This document shows, piece after piece, positions 11,501 through 20,360 of a stretch of DNA of 64,000 bases. The DNA lies in the NCBI GenBank assembly GCA_965204895.1, contig OZ242025.1, positions 1,604,864 to 1,668,863 on the forward strand, written 5' to 3'. Each line of letters starts with the position of its first letter. The stretch's first letter is position 1. Both the position numbers and the translations under genes were made by a program. Below the pieces are notes generated by a model, which saw only the letters and a program-made list of their open reading frames with translations, was not told the DNA's origin and ran no database searches. The stretch is from Dehalococcoidia bacterium. Its GTDB lineage: Bacteria; Chloroflexota; Dehalococcoidia; Lucifugimonadales; UBA2985.

Positions 11501-13045
11501 GTTAACCGTCAGGTCGGCTGTGACGTCGTCGTAGCCTCCGCCATTGGCAGTGTGCGTGACGATTACCACTTCATGATCAGTGTTGTCTTCCTCCCCTTCC
11601 TGCTGCCCTTCCTGTACGTGCGTGATGAGCACCGCCTGCCCGGTTGCCCAGTTCGTGGTGGTAAACGTGAGGGGGGCTATAGTATCGACGCTGCCTTCCG
11701 TACCTATTGATAAGCCTTCGTTGGGCGTGTGAGTTATGGTTACAGTCACTTCGGCGGTGGGAGCAGAGGCAAGACTCACTTCGTACGTTACGGTTTTCCC
11801 GTCTGCGCCCTCTACCAAACCGAGAGAGTCTATGACGCCGTGTGCGCTGTGTGTGATGATTATTGCCTTCTCGCTGTCGTGGCTCGACTTCAGGGACGCG
11901 GAGGAGTGCTTTGCGTCATCCGATGCGTCGGGCGCATCCTTTACTCCGTACCTGAGCACGTACTCGTTTTCTCCCTGCTCCTTCGCCTCAACGCGGATGT
12001 AGTAGGTCCCTTCCGAGAAGATACCGTCGACCCATTCGTTGGTGGTGCCGCTCTTGAGGGACTGTTTGATGGTCACACCGCGGCCGTCCTCCAGGAGGAG
12101 GTCGGCGTTAAAGTCCAGCTGGCGGAGGGCCAGTTCGACCTTCCTGGGTTCGGTGAGGGTGAAGCGGTAGTAATCGACCTTGTCGTCGTCACCGTTGATG
12201 GTGTACTTGGAGAATTTGGGGACGGTGACGTCGGTGATGTCGCCCAGACTCGTAGCCCCGTCCCTGGTGGCGTTGTCGTCGGCCACCACCGTGTCCGGCT
12301 CGTCGTTGTCGGTGACGGTCACGACCGGGGGCTGCGGGACGTCCGCATCGAAATAGCTGCTCTGCTCGCCGAGTCCGAAGCTGTTCCTGGCCTTGACCCT
12401 GTAGACGTACGATGTCCCGGCCTGCACGGTGTCGTCGGTGTATTGGGTGGCCGGGCTCCCGGTGTCGTCCATGAGGACGACGAACTCGTCCGGGTCGTGG
12501 ATGGCCGGGGCTCGTCTCAGCACCTGGTAGCTCGTGATCGTCTCGTCGCCGGGATCGTCCCAGGTGAGGGTCACCGAGTCGTGAGAGACAGTCCCGGTCA
12601 GGCCCGTGGGCCTCGCGGGGACCGGGGCCGAGGGCAGGTCCGCATCGAAGTAGCTGCTCCGTTCGCTGAGCCCGGCGCCGTTCCTGGCCTTGACCCGGTA
12701 CACGTACCGCTTTCCGGCCTCCACGTCCGTGTCCGTCCAGGTGGCAGCGGCGCTGCCCGTGTCGTCCACGTGCACCTGGAAGTCGCCCACGTTGTGCACG
12801 CCCCGTTGCCGCCGGAGTATCTGGTAGCCGGTTATGCTGGCATCGTTAGGGTCGTCCCAGGTCAGCGTGACCGAATCGTAGGCCGCCGTCCCGGTCAGGC
12901 CGGTGGGCTTGCCGGGCGCGTCGCCCTCCTGGCCTGAAGCCTGATACGGCCCTGCGGCGAAAAGGATAAAGATGCCCAGAAGCGCCAGGCTGCGAATCGC
13001 AACCCGGCGCATTGCGCTCGGCTCTGTAGGTCTTTCACTCACCAT
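5579..13045 (-). CDS. Giant secreted adhesin-like protein: signal peptide, 2x FN3, PPC-like domain, many Calx-beta/Ig-like repeats, C-terminal beta-propeller
   Basis: 2488-aa ORF. FN3 motifs (PTGLT..VTLTW..YVYRVKARN), repeated LTFTxxNW/DDDEKV Calx-beta-like units, terminal GLWSDG/GIWTDG/GITSDG propeller blades. Confidence 0.9.
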   Translation of the reverse strand: MVSERPTEPSAMRRVAIRSLALLGIFILFAAGPYQASGQEGDAPGKPTGLTGTAAYDSVTLTWDDPNDASITGYQILRRQRGVHNVGDFQVHVDDTGSAAATWTDTDVEAGKRYVYRVKARNGAGLSERSSYFDADLPSAPVPARPTGLTGTVSHDSVTLTWDDPGDETITSYQVLRRAPAIHDPDEFVVLMDDTGSPATQYTDDTVQAGTSYVYRVKARNSFGLGEQSSYFDADVPQPPVVTVTDNDEPDTVVADDNATRDGATSLGDITDVTVPKFSKYTINGDDDKVDYYRFTLTEPRKVELALRQLDFNADLLLEDGRGVTIKQSLKSGTTNEWVDGIFSEGTYYIRVEAKEQGENEYVLRYGVKDAPDASDDAKHSSASLKSSHDSEKAIIITHSAHGVIDSLGLVEGADGKTVTYEVSLASAPTAEVTVTITHTPNEGLSIGTEGSVDTIAPLTFTTTNWATGQAVLITHVQEGQQEGEEDNTDHEVVIVTHTANGGGYDDVTADLTVNLIDNSGGYLTVSKETLTVVEGDSSGGTVSIVTSETTSGLTITITGMEGSSLQVYPSTASFGPAEDSIAGALTMTVRFSEPPDQDTDDERVTLKVTASGGEFEGTPPRYITIYMDDLGATPPRGVYVSPVSIQADEGAPITYSVALTSQPTGDVTVTGTPPLRWRVLGVGPVTVTFTPANWITLQTITTHSVDTPGTGDDYTATIANVAAGADYGSNSVGAHNVTVSIRDNAYSEGLLEVSDHVLAEDGGSLEATVTLVWWSEHPPVRAHPFVLSSAIYPGQWTHTSNVTPIYQELLPESTFRDRTFFIDQMVFYPRDYTRAEGEPARYTASLTRRIRAFDDDIYELNEDFGVRLSSASGWTIPNVGVSLGSTGGIWHRVAVIDDDPSGITITPNEIEVTEEDADGVTYRLEMVSEPAEDVYIDIGLPEDSDLTVVPTTVTFTPDDWDTPKEVTITAAADDDTVDDRVVLTHKARSPEVERYKARRKLYDSHVLPDVTVRVRENDKGVNLSARTLDVQEGDSDGATYSVWLNTRPTDTVTVTIAGHSGTDLTLDKTSLTFTQGNWNTRQDVKVTAATDADGDDDMATLTHTSSGGDYSSLTPSNLSVTVKERRGVIVEPTTLTVLEGDTVGATYGVKLEFPPSGNVTIDITRTGSDDVTAQPTNLTFTTSNWNVEQDVTVTTQVNHSAIGGAATLAHSASGGGYDDVAIDDVEVTVQEINVVGVVLSPTGRTIDEGESGEYYVTLSDPPTTGKTVTVTITGAQGTDVSVTPSSLTFDGDDWNVRQTVTVNTSHDVDDEDDIVVLANTASGGGYDIVAPARFTVTVRDDDIPSVAVSPLTLDIDEGHSDTYTLVLKAQPTDDVTVTINRVGSSDVSVDDDSLVFTSSNWDTEQTVTVRTLHDPDHLDDDTATLEHTVTSSDIDYNGIDVDDVNVTVTDDDDKPVTVEFEQTTYNVTEGSDVTIKVVLSAPPERQVIIPITRTEDGATSADYSNVPANVTFGENDREKTFTFSAIQDTIDDDDEKVKLSFGSLPNAVTAGTDDEATVNITDDDHPEITVSYEHSTYNVPEGNSVAIKVVLSAAPKRPVDISITKSEEDGATSLDYIGVPASLTFGENDTEKTFTFTANDDDINDDGEKVKLGFGSSLPARITEGTTGEATANIIDDDGAGVSVSPAALTIGEGSSGAYKVRLSSQPTASVTVTVTAPLNTDIEVNKTTLTFTTSNWDTDQTVTVRTLHDSDHLDDTGSVTHSASSTDSDYNGISISAVSVTVTDDEDTPVTVEFEQTMYIATEGSDVTIKVTLSEKPERQVIIPITKTEEDGATSADYSNVPANVTFGENDTEKTFTFSVTQDTIDDDDEKVKLGFGMLPNAVTAGTDDEATVNITDDDDPFVTVRFGQPSHIVPESDDSTTTDDQENEIEVKVILNADPERTVVIPITTTGQDGATSPDYSGVPANVTFNTGEMEKSFTFTAEHDTVDDDDESVKLAFGALPHRVNRENPSMTVISITDDDDPEVKVSFSDTSYEVPEGGTVIVTVKLDEDPERTVTIPLIRTNQAGATDQDDTGADYSGIPASVTFHTGEKEKSFTFTAEDDTVDDDDESVQIAFGTLPERVSEGADEWAVINILDNDFPFVTVEFDRETFTVPEGREVELKVTLSADPERAVTIPITTAHLDGATNEDYSLPTSVTFQPGETEKSFRFRAEHDQVDDDNERVRMEFGTLPTRMSRVNPESSTAWLVDARFASITPTGGGDECPMHWSLGSWTDGENLYVVHYSQTTQTNRIRSFSIETGVMVTDFDTGVESDYDLTGLWSDGTTIWVAVYGQNIRAYVDGTRDESKDFELASDNEHPMGMVVVDGILWVGDILDDKVYAYDWETQQRLPDRDFPQTEQRTALFDHYGGSIVGIWTDGDTLWFADSLDRILYAYNLEDGARRPNLDVTLYPENQSPMGITSDGTTMFVIDQADCMVYRYGVPGK
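7353..8840. repeat. Intragenic near-identical duplication with a 1008-bp (336-aa) period
   Basis: GTGATGTTGACGGTGGCCTCGTCGTCCGTGCC starts at both 7353 and 8361, and high identity continues for several hundred bp. Confidence 0.8.
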
Positions 13046-13059
13046 CTATCTGTCGTTCT

Positions 13060-13216
13060 CAGTGAACAAGTATCGAGGCCCAGTTCGTCGGCAAGGTCAT
13101 CGTGTGTTCGGTGTTGGACGGGGTCCTTTCCCCGGCCCAGCGCCAGATCGAGACGCTGCGGCAAGTCGTCCGGAAACGCATAGGATTCCCGGCTGCGGAG
13201 GACGCGGTCTCGCCAT
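13060..13216 (-). pseudogene. Decayed paralogue of the XRE HTH at 4983-5261
   Basis: With frameshifts it reads MARPR/VLRSRESYAFPDDLPQRL.../IWRW...; compare MPRQRILHSRDTHPLPDDFPQRL...VWRW. The HTH core is deleted. Confidence 0.6.
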
Positions 13217-13317
13217 CGGTTCAGACAGACTCCATAACGCGTTCCTTGCGGACTCCCAGCCATCTCTCCCGCAGTCATTTCTTAAGCAACCTGCTTAGCC
13301 GTTGATCAGGCTCCATC

Positions 13318-13535
13318 TAGCGTCCGGCTTCTCACCATCACCTCACAAGGTTCAAGTGAACCTAATTGCTTGTAGACATTTGTCTACAAACGGCATGGTT
13401 GATTCTCACCTTGACCCATCCGTCCGTTGGGGTGTCTACTGTCACCGGTATCGGCTGCGGCGCTGAGTTTCCTAGGAATCCGGTGGCTCTAGCAGCTGGA
13501 CGCACTCCCTCGGAGGTTCCTCGCCCTTGGTGTGG
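13318..13535. repeat. Copy 1 of a ~215-bp direct repeat (regulatory cassette) with palindrome TTGTAGACA-TT-TGTCTACAA at 13370-13389
   Basis: Colinear and highly similar to 17775-17992. Confidence 0.9.
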
Positions 13536-13801
13536 CTGATCGTCCCTCGAAGTTTGACCGCCAAGCTGTGGCGACAGTTCGCCGGATCAGAGCTGTCGGC
13601 GCCTCGCAATGGAGTCGGTGGATCCATACCGGCCCGCTATTCCGTGAGCCGGGCCACCGTGGTTGGACTCAAGAATCGCCCGGGGACTTGGATGGTCCGA
13701 TCGAAGCAGCCGCTTCCGACAGGGCGATTCCGTGGTAAAGACCTGGTCCGACATGAACCGGGCAGCAGGAGTAATTCGAAGACTGGGCCAGGGAGTCCAA
13801 T

Positions 13802-15031
13802 GTGTTGAAGGATCGCGTGGACGCAGCATGGATGTCGCTTGGGGACAGCTCTTGGGTCGAACCGGGCGATGTGCGTCACACCGCAAAGGTGTTGCTCTGG
13901 ATGCGGTGGCTCGTATCCGGCGCATGTATCTTCCTGCTGGTGTACCGTCCTGCCCCGTTCCCGACATTTACCTATGTCACATTCGTCGTTGTGCTTCTTA
14001 TCGCCGTGGGGAGCAGCGTTTATACGCACTTCCTGCTTGCTACCGGAAAACCGATACTCTGGCACAGGATGCTGGCTCTCAAAGGCTTAGACGCGGTCCT
14101 GATTACGACATCCGCGGTCGCCACCGGGGGATTCAGCCACTACTTTCAGTTCCTGCTCTACTATCCTGCCCTTGCCATGTTCGCAGTAGTTTTCACCTCT
14201 CTACGCCTGAACCTGGCCTGGGTCACCATGGTGGCTACCGCTTATGCCATTGTGTGCTTCCAAGTAGGCGACGGTTTGGACTTTGGCGCCCATGAAGACA
14301 AGACGCTGATTATTCGCATAGTAGTCATGTACGTCCTGGTGGTCGGGGTGAATCGGATTTCCAGCTTCGAGCGCATCCGCAGGAGGGAGTCGATGGAGCG
14401 TGAACAATCCCTGCAGCGTGAACGTATCGAGGTCTCTCAGACGATTCACAACACCGTCGCCCAAACCGCCTACATGGTCGGCCTGGGAATCGACCGGGCC
14501 AGGAAACTGGCTCGCGAGTCCAACGAGGATCTGGCCGCCTCTTTGGACGCCACGGCCGATCTGCAAAAGTCGGTGATTTGGGAACTGAGGCGCCCGCTGG
14601 ACGGGGGCCAGGTCTACGATGGCACGAGCCTGGAGGGCATGCTCAAGTCACACGCGTCGACCTTTACGACGGTTACCTCGGTGCCCGCCGAACTGGTCGT
14701 TCACGGCGTGGAGCCGGCGCTCGCGGCGGAGGTCCGGAGGCGCTTGTTCTCCATTGCTCACAACGCGCTCACCAACGCCTTCCGCCACGCGCGAGCCGGG
14801 AAGGTCGAGGTCGAGCTCAACTTCGATTCCGACTGCGTTCAACTGTCCGTATCGGATGATGGTGCGGGGCTGCCAGATGACTACGCTCGGCGAGGCCAGG
14901 GATTCGTCGGGATGAGGGAGGATGCGGAGGCTGTCGGCGGCCGCCTCATCGTGGAAACGGTCGGACGGCATGGAGGCACAACCGTATCCTGCACCGTTCC
15001 CCTCAAGACAGAACAGGGAGGGAGGCTATGA
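13802..15031 (+). CDS. Membrane histidine kinase (HisKA_3/NarX-DesK type)
   Basis: About 6 TM helices, H-box ERIEVSQTIHNTVAQ, N-box NALTNAFRHA, G1 SDDGAG. Confidence 0.9.
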   Translation: MLKDRVDAAWMSLGDSSWVEPGDVRHTAKVLLWMRWLVSGACIFLLVYRPAPFPTFTYVTFVVVLLIAVGSSVYTHFLLATGKPILWHRMLALKGLDAVLITTSAVATGGFSHYFQFLLYYPALAMFAVVFTSLRLNLAWVTMVATAYAIVCFQVGDGLDFGAHEDKTLIIRIVVMYVLVVGVNRISSFERIRRRESMEREQSLQRERIEVSQTIHNTVAQTAYMVGLGIDRARKLARESNEDLAASLDATADLQKSVIWELRRPLDGGQVYDGTSLEGMLKSHASTFTTVTSVPAELVVHGVEPALAAEVRRRLFSIAHNALTNAFRHARAGKVEVELNFDSDCVQLSVSDDGAGLPDDYARRGQGFVGMREDAEAVGGRLIVETVGRHGGTTVSCTVPLKTEQGGRL

Positions 15032-15705
15032 ATTCCTCAAGAGAACCGATCAGGATCATGCTGGTGGACGACCATCCCGTCGTGATGATGGGTCTGAAGG
15101 CGATGCTGGAGCAATCGGGAGACTTCGAAGTTGTGGGCGAAGCATACGACGGAATTGAGGCGGTGGAGATGGCGGAGCGACTCAAACCTGACGTAATCGT
15201 CATGGACGTGATGATGCCGCGATTAGACGGTATCGAGGCGTGTCGGGCGATCATGGAGAAGTTGCCCGAGACGCAGGTGCTAATGCTGACGGCCTCGGTC
15301 GAGAAGGACGCCGTCATCGAGTCCGTGGCCGCCGGAGCAACGGGCTACCTGCAGAAGTACTCGGGTGGCGAGCGGTTGGAGGAGGCCGTCCGGGACATCG
15401 CTGCCGGCCGACTGAGGATACCGGATGAAGTCTTGAAGAAGGCCCTGGATCTGGTCCGAGGTGAACTCTGGGAAAAGAGCCGTCGCGCTTCGACCACCCT
15501 GACGGAGCGAGAGCGGGAGTTCCTCACACAGTTCGCCGTCGGCAACTCGTATGCGCGGATCGCGGAGGCGAACGGCATCAGTCCGGTGACTGTACGCAAC
15601 ACGATAGCCCGCGTCCATGACAAACTTGGGTTGGACACCAAGCAGGAGTTGGTAGTCTGGGCCGTAAAGAACGGGCTGGTGCAGGACCCCGTGCCAAGCG
15701 ACTGA
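15028..15705 (+). CDS. NarL/LuxR-family response regulator
   Basis: LVDDH, DVMMP (phospho-Asp), GYLQK, LTEREREFL...DKL HTH; ATGA overlap with the kinase. Confidence 0.95.
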   Translation: MNSSREPIRIMLVDDHPVVMMGLKAMLEQSGDFEVVGEAYDGIEAVEMAERLKPDVIVMDVMMPRLDGIEACRAIMEKLPETQVLMLTASVEKDAVIESVAAGATGYLQKYSGGERLEEAVRDIAAGRLRIPDEVLKKALDLVRGELWEKSRRASTTLTEREREFLTQFAVGNSYARIAEANGISPVTVRNTIARVHDKLGLDTKQELVVWAVKNGLVQDPVPSD

Positions 15706-15841
15706 TGCCATCGTATTGCTAAAGGGTGGATGTCGCAGCCCGGCCCTTAAGTTAGATCGCGCCAACTTTGATGTGTGGCTTGGCAGCCAGTCGTGCCCAG
15801 GGTACCGTGCCTTGGCGAATGATATGAGGGGGGCCGCCCCC

Positions 15842-16858
15842 CTAGTTGCGGTGCCAGCCAGAACCGAACACGAACCCGCCGGACTCGGCCACCCACATGC
15901 GTACCGCATCGGTGGTGACCCAATTGCCTTCCTCGGTTGCCTCGATTGATCTGGCGCCGAACAACTCTTGGAGATCGCTGCCGATCAACGTCGGGTCGGA
16001 GTGGGCAATGATATTACCGCTGTCATCAGCTATGAAGGCCGACCATTTGCCGTCGACGGTTTCGGCCTGGTTATAGTAGGCGACTGCCGAATCGAGACCG
16101 GCCAGAACGCTTCCCGGGCTGGCAAAGTACGCCACGGTTGCTTCCAGCCCAGCCGAACGAAACCTCTCGACAGCGACTGAAACCAACTGCCTCGTGAAAT
16201 TGTCGGCGTCTACATACCAGCCGGAAGCGAAGAGCAAGCCGTCGTGCCGTACCACCCACACATTCTTCAGTTCAAGGTCACTGAATTCCCCAGAGGCAAT
16301 GTCGCCGCTTTCCGGGTTCCGGTACACATATGACACCCACTTACCCTCTTCGGTGGCCGACAGCATGTCAGGCCCGAAGTTGTAGCCGTTCGCGTCAGTC
16401 CCGACCCAACCGTTCAAATCAAGGCCAAGGCGGTTGGCCTCGGGATGTCCGATAACCAGATCGTCCTCGTCTACGATGAACAAGTACCACTGTCCGTCGA
16501 CGCTTTGCGGACTGTTGTAGTAGGCGAGGGTAGCATCCAGCCCCCGTGTCTCGTAGCGGCTGATTGCGTTGTCCACGAAGAACTTGGTGTACTCGGCGGG
16601 AGAGGACCTGAGTGGGATGGACGCCACGATGTCGCGGGCGATGCGCTCCACGTCTTCGGCGGTGAGTCCGGGCTCCGGCTGAGACGGCGCCGGGGCCTCG
16701 GACATCTCCGCACGGACTATCTCTTGGACCTCGGCTCGGGACAGACCTGCGTCATCGCCTCCACAGGCAACGAGGAACATCACAACCGGAACGACCAATG
16801 CCAATAGAGACAGTGGGGTTGGGATTCGATCATTCAACAGGCTTTGCAACTGCGCCAT
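15842..16858 (-). CDS. Lipoprotein with tandem Cache-like ligand-binding domains
   Basis: Lipobox FLVAC. Two repeats of (Y/W)xFIxD...HxD...G...ATEEGxWV...F(A/G)SGW. Confidence 0.75.
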   Translation of the reverse strand: MAQLQSLLNDRIPTPLSLLALVVPVVMFLVACGGDDAGLSRAEVQEIVRAEMSEAPAPSQPEPGLTAEDVERIARDIVASIPLRSSPAEYTKFFVDNAISRYETRGLDATLAYYNSPQSVDGQWYLFIVDEDDLVIGHPEANRLGLDLNGWVGTDANGYNFGPDMLSATEEGKWVSYVYRNPESGDIASGEFSDLELKNVWVVRHDGLLFASGWYVDADNFTRQLVSVAVERFRSAGLEATVAYFASPGSVLAGLDSAVAYYNQAETVDGKWSAFIADDSGNIIAHSDPTLIGSDLQELFGARSIEATEEGNWVTTDAVRMWVAESGGFVFGSGWHRN

Positions 16859-16951
16859 TGCGGTGTCCTACAGTCCTCCTATCACTATCGCCTCTGTGGG
16901 AGCGCTGCTCCCCTCGGTATCTTGAGTCATCGGCTATTCGCGGCGCGTCCC

Positions 16952-17716
16952 CTACAACCCACCTGCGAAGCCGTTGGCCCCGTCGACGGAAGTCGTGAAG
17001 ATGCTCGACGTGTTGTCGCTGCGGTGCGCCCTGAAGAAATAGAGGTGCATCTCTATCTCGTCGGCCGAGAGCGTTGTCACGGTGACGGCGCTCTCGCTCA
17101 GTGTCTGGTTGAGCCCGGTCGGCGCGGCAAGGGTCGAGGGCAGGGTCCACACGGTGAACTCCTGGTCCTGCTCCTTGCCGGGCGAGCTGAGCCTGCCGTC
17201 CCAGTCGGTTATGTCACTTCGCGTGGCCAGCGTCTCCTGGGTCGTCCTGTTGCCATTGGGGTCCTGGTACAGGTTGACGGCGAATGTCGAACAATCCCAC
17301 TTGTAGGTGGGTGTTTGGGGGTTATCGACGGCGGACTCGCAGCTGCCCGGCGTGAACAGGTATTCCCTGTCCACTTGGTCCTCTGGATCAGTACCCAGCG
17401 CTTCGCCTTCAGCGCGGCTCTCCCCGTTGACGGTGACGTCTTCGGTGTACTTGAGGTCGGACCTGTAGATGATCCGGTTCCGCGAGATGGAGTAGCCGGT
17501 CACGTCGGAGTTATCCCCGTCCCAGTCGCTCCAGTCGAGGGTGTAGTCTCCGTCCGATTCGACGGTGAGGTGGGAGAACGGATCGCTCCCGCAGAAAACG
17601 TACCGATCGGAGTCGCAATCCCCGTGGTGAGCGTACACCGTGGCCGACAGCGCCACGGCGAGCAGAACGCCGAGTAGAGCAAGCGCCTTCCAACGCACAA
17701 ATCGCGTAACGTTCAT
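16952..17716 (-). CDS. Secreted hypothetical protein
   Basis: Signal peptide ending ATVYA; GGAGG RBS; paired Cys; beta-rich. Confidence 0.75.
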   Translation of the reverse strand: MNVTRFVRWKALALLGVLLAVALSATVYAHHGDCDSDRYVFCGSDPFSHLTVESDGDYTLDWSDWDGDNSDVTGYSISRNRIIYRSDLKYTEDVTVNGESRAEGEALGTDPEDQVDREYLFTPGSCESAVDNPQTPTYKWDCSTFAVNLYQDPNGNRTTQETLATRSDITDWDGRLSSPGKEQDQEFTVWTLPSTLAAPTGLNQTLSESAVTVTTLSADEIEMHLYFFRAHRSDNTSSIFTTSVDGANGFAGGL

Positions 17717-17774
17717 CTCGAACCTCCAATATCCCTTTATCCCATTTAGTGGGCTCGCTGCTTAATCTGGCATA

Positions 17775-17992
17775 TAGCGTCCAGCTTCTCGACATGCCCA
17801 GACAAGGTTCAATTCAACCCAATTGCTTGTAGACATTTGTCTACAAGCGGCATGGTTGATTCTCACCTTGACCCACCCGTCCGTTGGGGTGTCTACTGTC
17901 ACCGGTAATGGCTGCGGCGCTGAGTTTCCTAGGAATCCGGCGGCTCTGGCAGCTGGACGTAATCCCACGAAGGTGCCTCGCCCTTGGGGTGG
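17775..17992. repeat. Copy 2 of the ~215-bp repeat with palindrome GCTTGTAGACA-TT-TGTCTACAAGC at 17825-17848
   Basis: Direct repeat of 13318-13535; lies just upstream of the minus-strand gene starting at 17716. Confidence 0.9.
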
Positions 17993-18284
17993 ATTCGACT
18001 CGAAGAGGCTCGAACTCACCGCCGAGGTGACAGTCTTGGGCGTCACAGACCAAACCTAACTGGACAGAATCAAGAACCCTCACGATGCGTTTCAGGCTGG
18101 TGGTGCAGTCAGCCCCTAGAGCGGCCCTTTGAGCGCCCTCTCGAAGAGCGCGAGTGATATGCAGGGAGGATAGTGAGGATGCTCCTACTCGGGAGTCACT
18201 GAACCAGGGTATGGAGTCGAATTCCTGGTTCCGACGCTATACTGATCGAATGCCTCGGTCGGGCTGGTAACACCGTGCCTGCCG

Positions 18285-20360
18285 CTACTCACATCCTGCT
18301 TCATCGGTGTCTGTGCTGGCCCATGGGTTGGGGAGATTCGCCCCTCGATACGCAGAGTCCGCAGTCAATTCAGGTGAGCAGTACCCCACGCCAAAGGCAT
18401 CCTGCAACTGCCAGACCAATAGCTGTTTGGGGAACGGGTCCAGTTCCTCAAGAGCTATGACGTCGGTCCACAGCCGTCGCAGGGCAAATCCACCGCTTGG
18501 CAGTCCGTACTCTTCCATAAACCAGGCCGGATAGCCGCCATCCAGCAGGCTCTGCACAATTGCGTGAGCGTCTTCTTCCTCCTCCAGAGGGTGATGCTGA
18601 CCCATACAGTCGAACCAGTACCCTCCCCAGGTTGCCGGGTAGACCGCAACTTGCAGAGCGTCAGCCAAGAGTTCCCTGCCGTCACAGCCGTACGTGGCCG
18701 GGTCGCTATGCTGTTTGAACAGAGCCAGCATAGCCATGGCGTAGAGATCGGGACGCGGCCGCTGACCGCTGTCGGGTGAAACCAGGGAGGACATCGTAAA
18801 GACGTGAGCCAGCTCGTGTGCCATCGTTGTCCGAAAGATGTGGGAGAGATCCCCTACGATGTGCCTGTCCTCGAGGAGGAACTCGGGCATGGTCAGTCCG
18901 GATGGAGCACAGGGGACCAATTCCCCAAGATCAACGGGATAGCATTCCAGATGGACGATCGGTATCTCACCCCCGAAGTCGATTTCAAAATCATAGTCGA
19001 GAGCGGCATAGTCTCCGACCTTAGTGGCGTAGTCCCACGCCTGCCTGAGCCATGGGTTACGTTCCCCCACAGTCATCGACGGATCTTGCTGTGACGGCCC
19101 CGCAAGCATCTGCTCAATGGCAAAGTTCAGCCGTTCCATCAACCCGTCGGGCGGCGCCGGTGTGTCTGCTACCGCAGGAAGAACCGTAATCTGCGTGTCG
19201 GCCGATGCAGCGCCTCCATGGGCGTCGCTCACTGTCAGTGTGACGGTGACAACCTGAGCAGTCTCAACCGCCGCCGGAGGAAACCACGTAGGGTTGCGGG
19301 GGAACGCTTGGACCAACTCACCAATCATGGGGGTGACTGTCCACTCGTAGGTGAGTTCGTCACCGTCAGGGTCATGGGTTCTGGCGTTCAGCAAAACGGG
19401 CACGCCTCCCGGGACGGCCAGAGACTCATGAACCATGGACACCGCCGGCGGGCGATTGCCTGGTGGCCTTCCCGTCGCCCTGCGTACCGTCCACATAAAG
19501 GTGCGCCAGTGTGTGCTGTCATCAGAATCGCTCACTGAATAGGTGATTGAGACGGATTGCTCGGCGGTCAGCGTTCCGGTTACTCGCCGCTCATTGGGGT
19601 CGAAGCTGAGACCTGCCGGAAGGCGGTTGACCCAATAGGCCAGCGAACCGTCGCCACCCACGGACTCAGGAAGCGTCAGGTCGATTGAGTCGCCTACACG
19701 CCCTGTCTTGTTCTCTATGGGCGGTAATTCAGGCAAGGACATTCCGGTGGTAGTGATGGTCGTCGGGGACGAAGGGGCACTCGTTCCCAAGGTGTTGGCT
19801 GCATAGACGCTTACTGTGTATGAGGTGCTCGGTCTCACGTCGATGAGAAGGGTGTTGTTGTCACCCTTCACCACGGTCACGCGTTCCAAGTCGTCATTCG
19901 CCTGAATCGCAACCTCATAGTGCGTTACCGGTGAACCTCCGTCACGGGGTGGGGTCCACTCGACAAGGAGGACACTGTCGGAGGACAGTCTAAGCCTCGG
20001 TGCAGCCGGCGCATTCGGCACTGTGGTCGTAGCGGAGAGAGTGGACGCGGGGGTAGCAGGTGTGGGAGCAGGGACGGTGGTTGGAGCCTTAGGTGTCCGG
20101 GGCGCCGTTAACGCGTCCGGAACACGTTGGAGCGGATTCGGTGTGGCCGTGGGAGTCGGGGTGGGCTTAGTCGAATCCTTGACCGGCTCACATGCCGTCA
20201 GTATTGCAACAATTAGGAGAGCGACCAGGACGGACCGCGGGATCCTTTGAAACCTCACGGCGCCGCGGGCTCTCTTGTGTATGGCAATTGTATGCTGCGT
20301 TTTGAGCATGACTGCTCGATGTGTGTTGCGAGCGAGACTCTGAGGCGACTCCGACACCAC
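18285..20360 (-). CDS. Lipoprotein with FN3, putative Ig and PKD-like domains and a C-terminal zincin (HExxH) domain
   Basis: Lipobox ILTAC, Pro/Thr linker, WTPPRDGGSPVTHY, LPAGLSFD, DPDGDELTYEW, AHELAH...ELLAD. True start is probably downstream of 20360. Confidence 0.75.
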   Translation of the reverse strand: MVSESPQSLARNTHRAVMLKTQHTIAIHKRARGAVRFQRIPRSVLVALLIVAILTACEPVKDSTKPTPTPTATPNPLQRVPDALTAPRTPKAPTTVPAPTPATPASTLSATTTVPNAPAAPRLRLSSDSVLLVEWTPPRDGGSPVTHYEVAIQANDDLERVTVVKGDNNTLLIDVRPSTSYTVSVYAANTLGTSAPSSPTTITTTGMSLPELPPIENKTGRVGDSIDLTLPESVGGDGSLAYWVNRLPAGLSFDPNERRVTGTLTAEQSVSITYSVSDSDDSTHWRTFMWTVRRATGRPPGNRPPAVSMVHESLAVPGGVPVLLNARTHDPDGDELTYEWTVTPMIGELVQAFPRNPTWFPPAAVETAQVVTVTLTVSDAHGGAASADTQITVLPAVADTPAPPDGLMERLNFAIEQMLAGPSQQDPSMTVGERNPWLRQAWDYATKVGDYAALDYDFEIDFGGEIPIVHLECYPVDLGELVPCAPSGLTMPEFLLEDRHIVGDLSHIFRTTMAHELAHVFTMSSLVSPDSGQRPRPDLYAMAMLALFKQHSDPATYGCDGRELLADALQVAVYPATWGGYWFDCMGQHHPLEEEEDAHAIVQSLLDGGYPAWFMEEYGLPSGGFALRRLWTDVIALEELDPFPKQLLVWQLQDAFGVGYCSPELTADSAYRGANLPNPWASTDTDEAGCE

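Noticed and set aside
6170-12937. Many plus-strand ORFs over the giant gene
   Set aside because: Antisense shadows of a GC-rich repetitive CDS.
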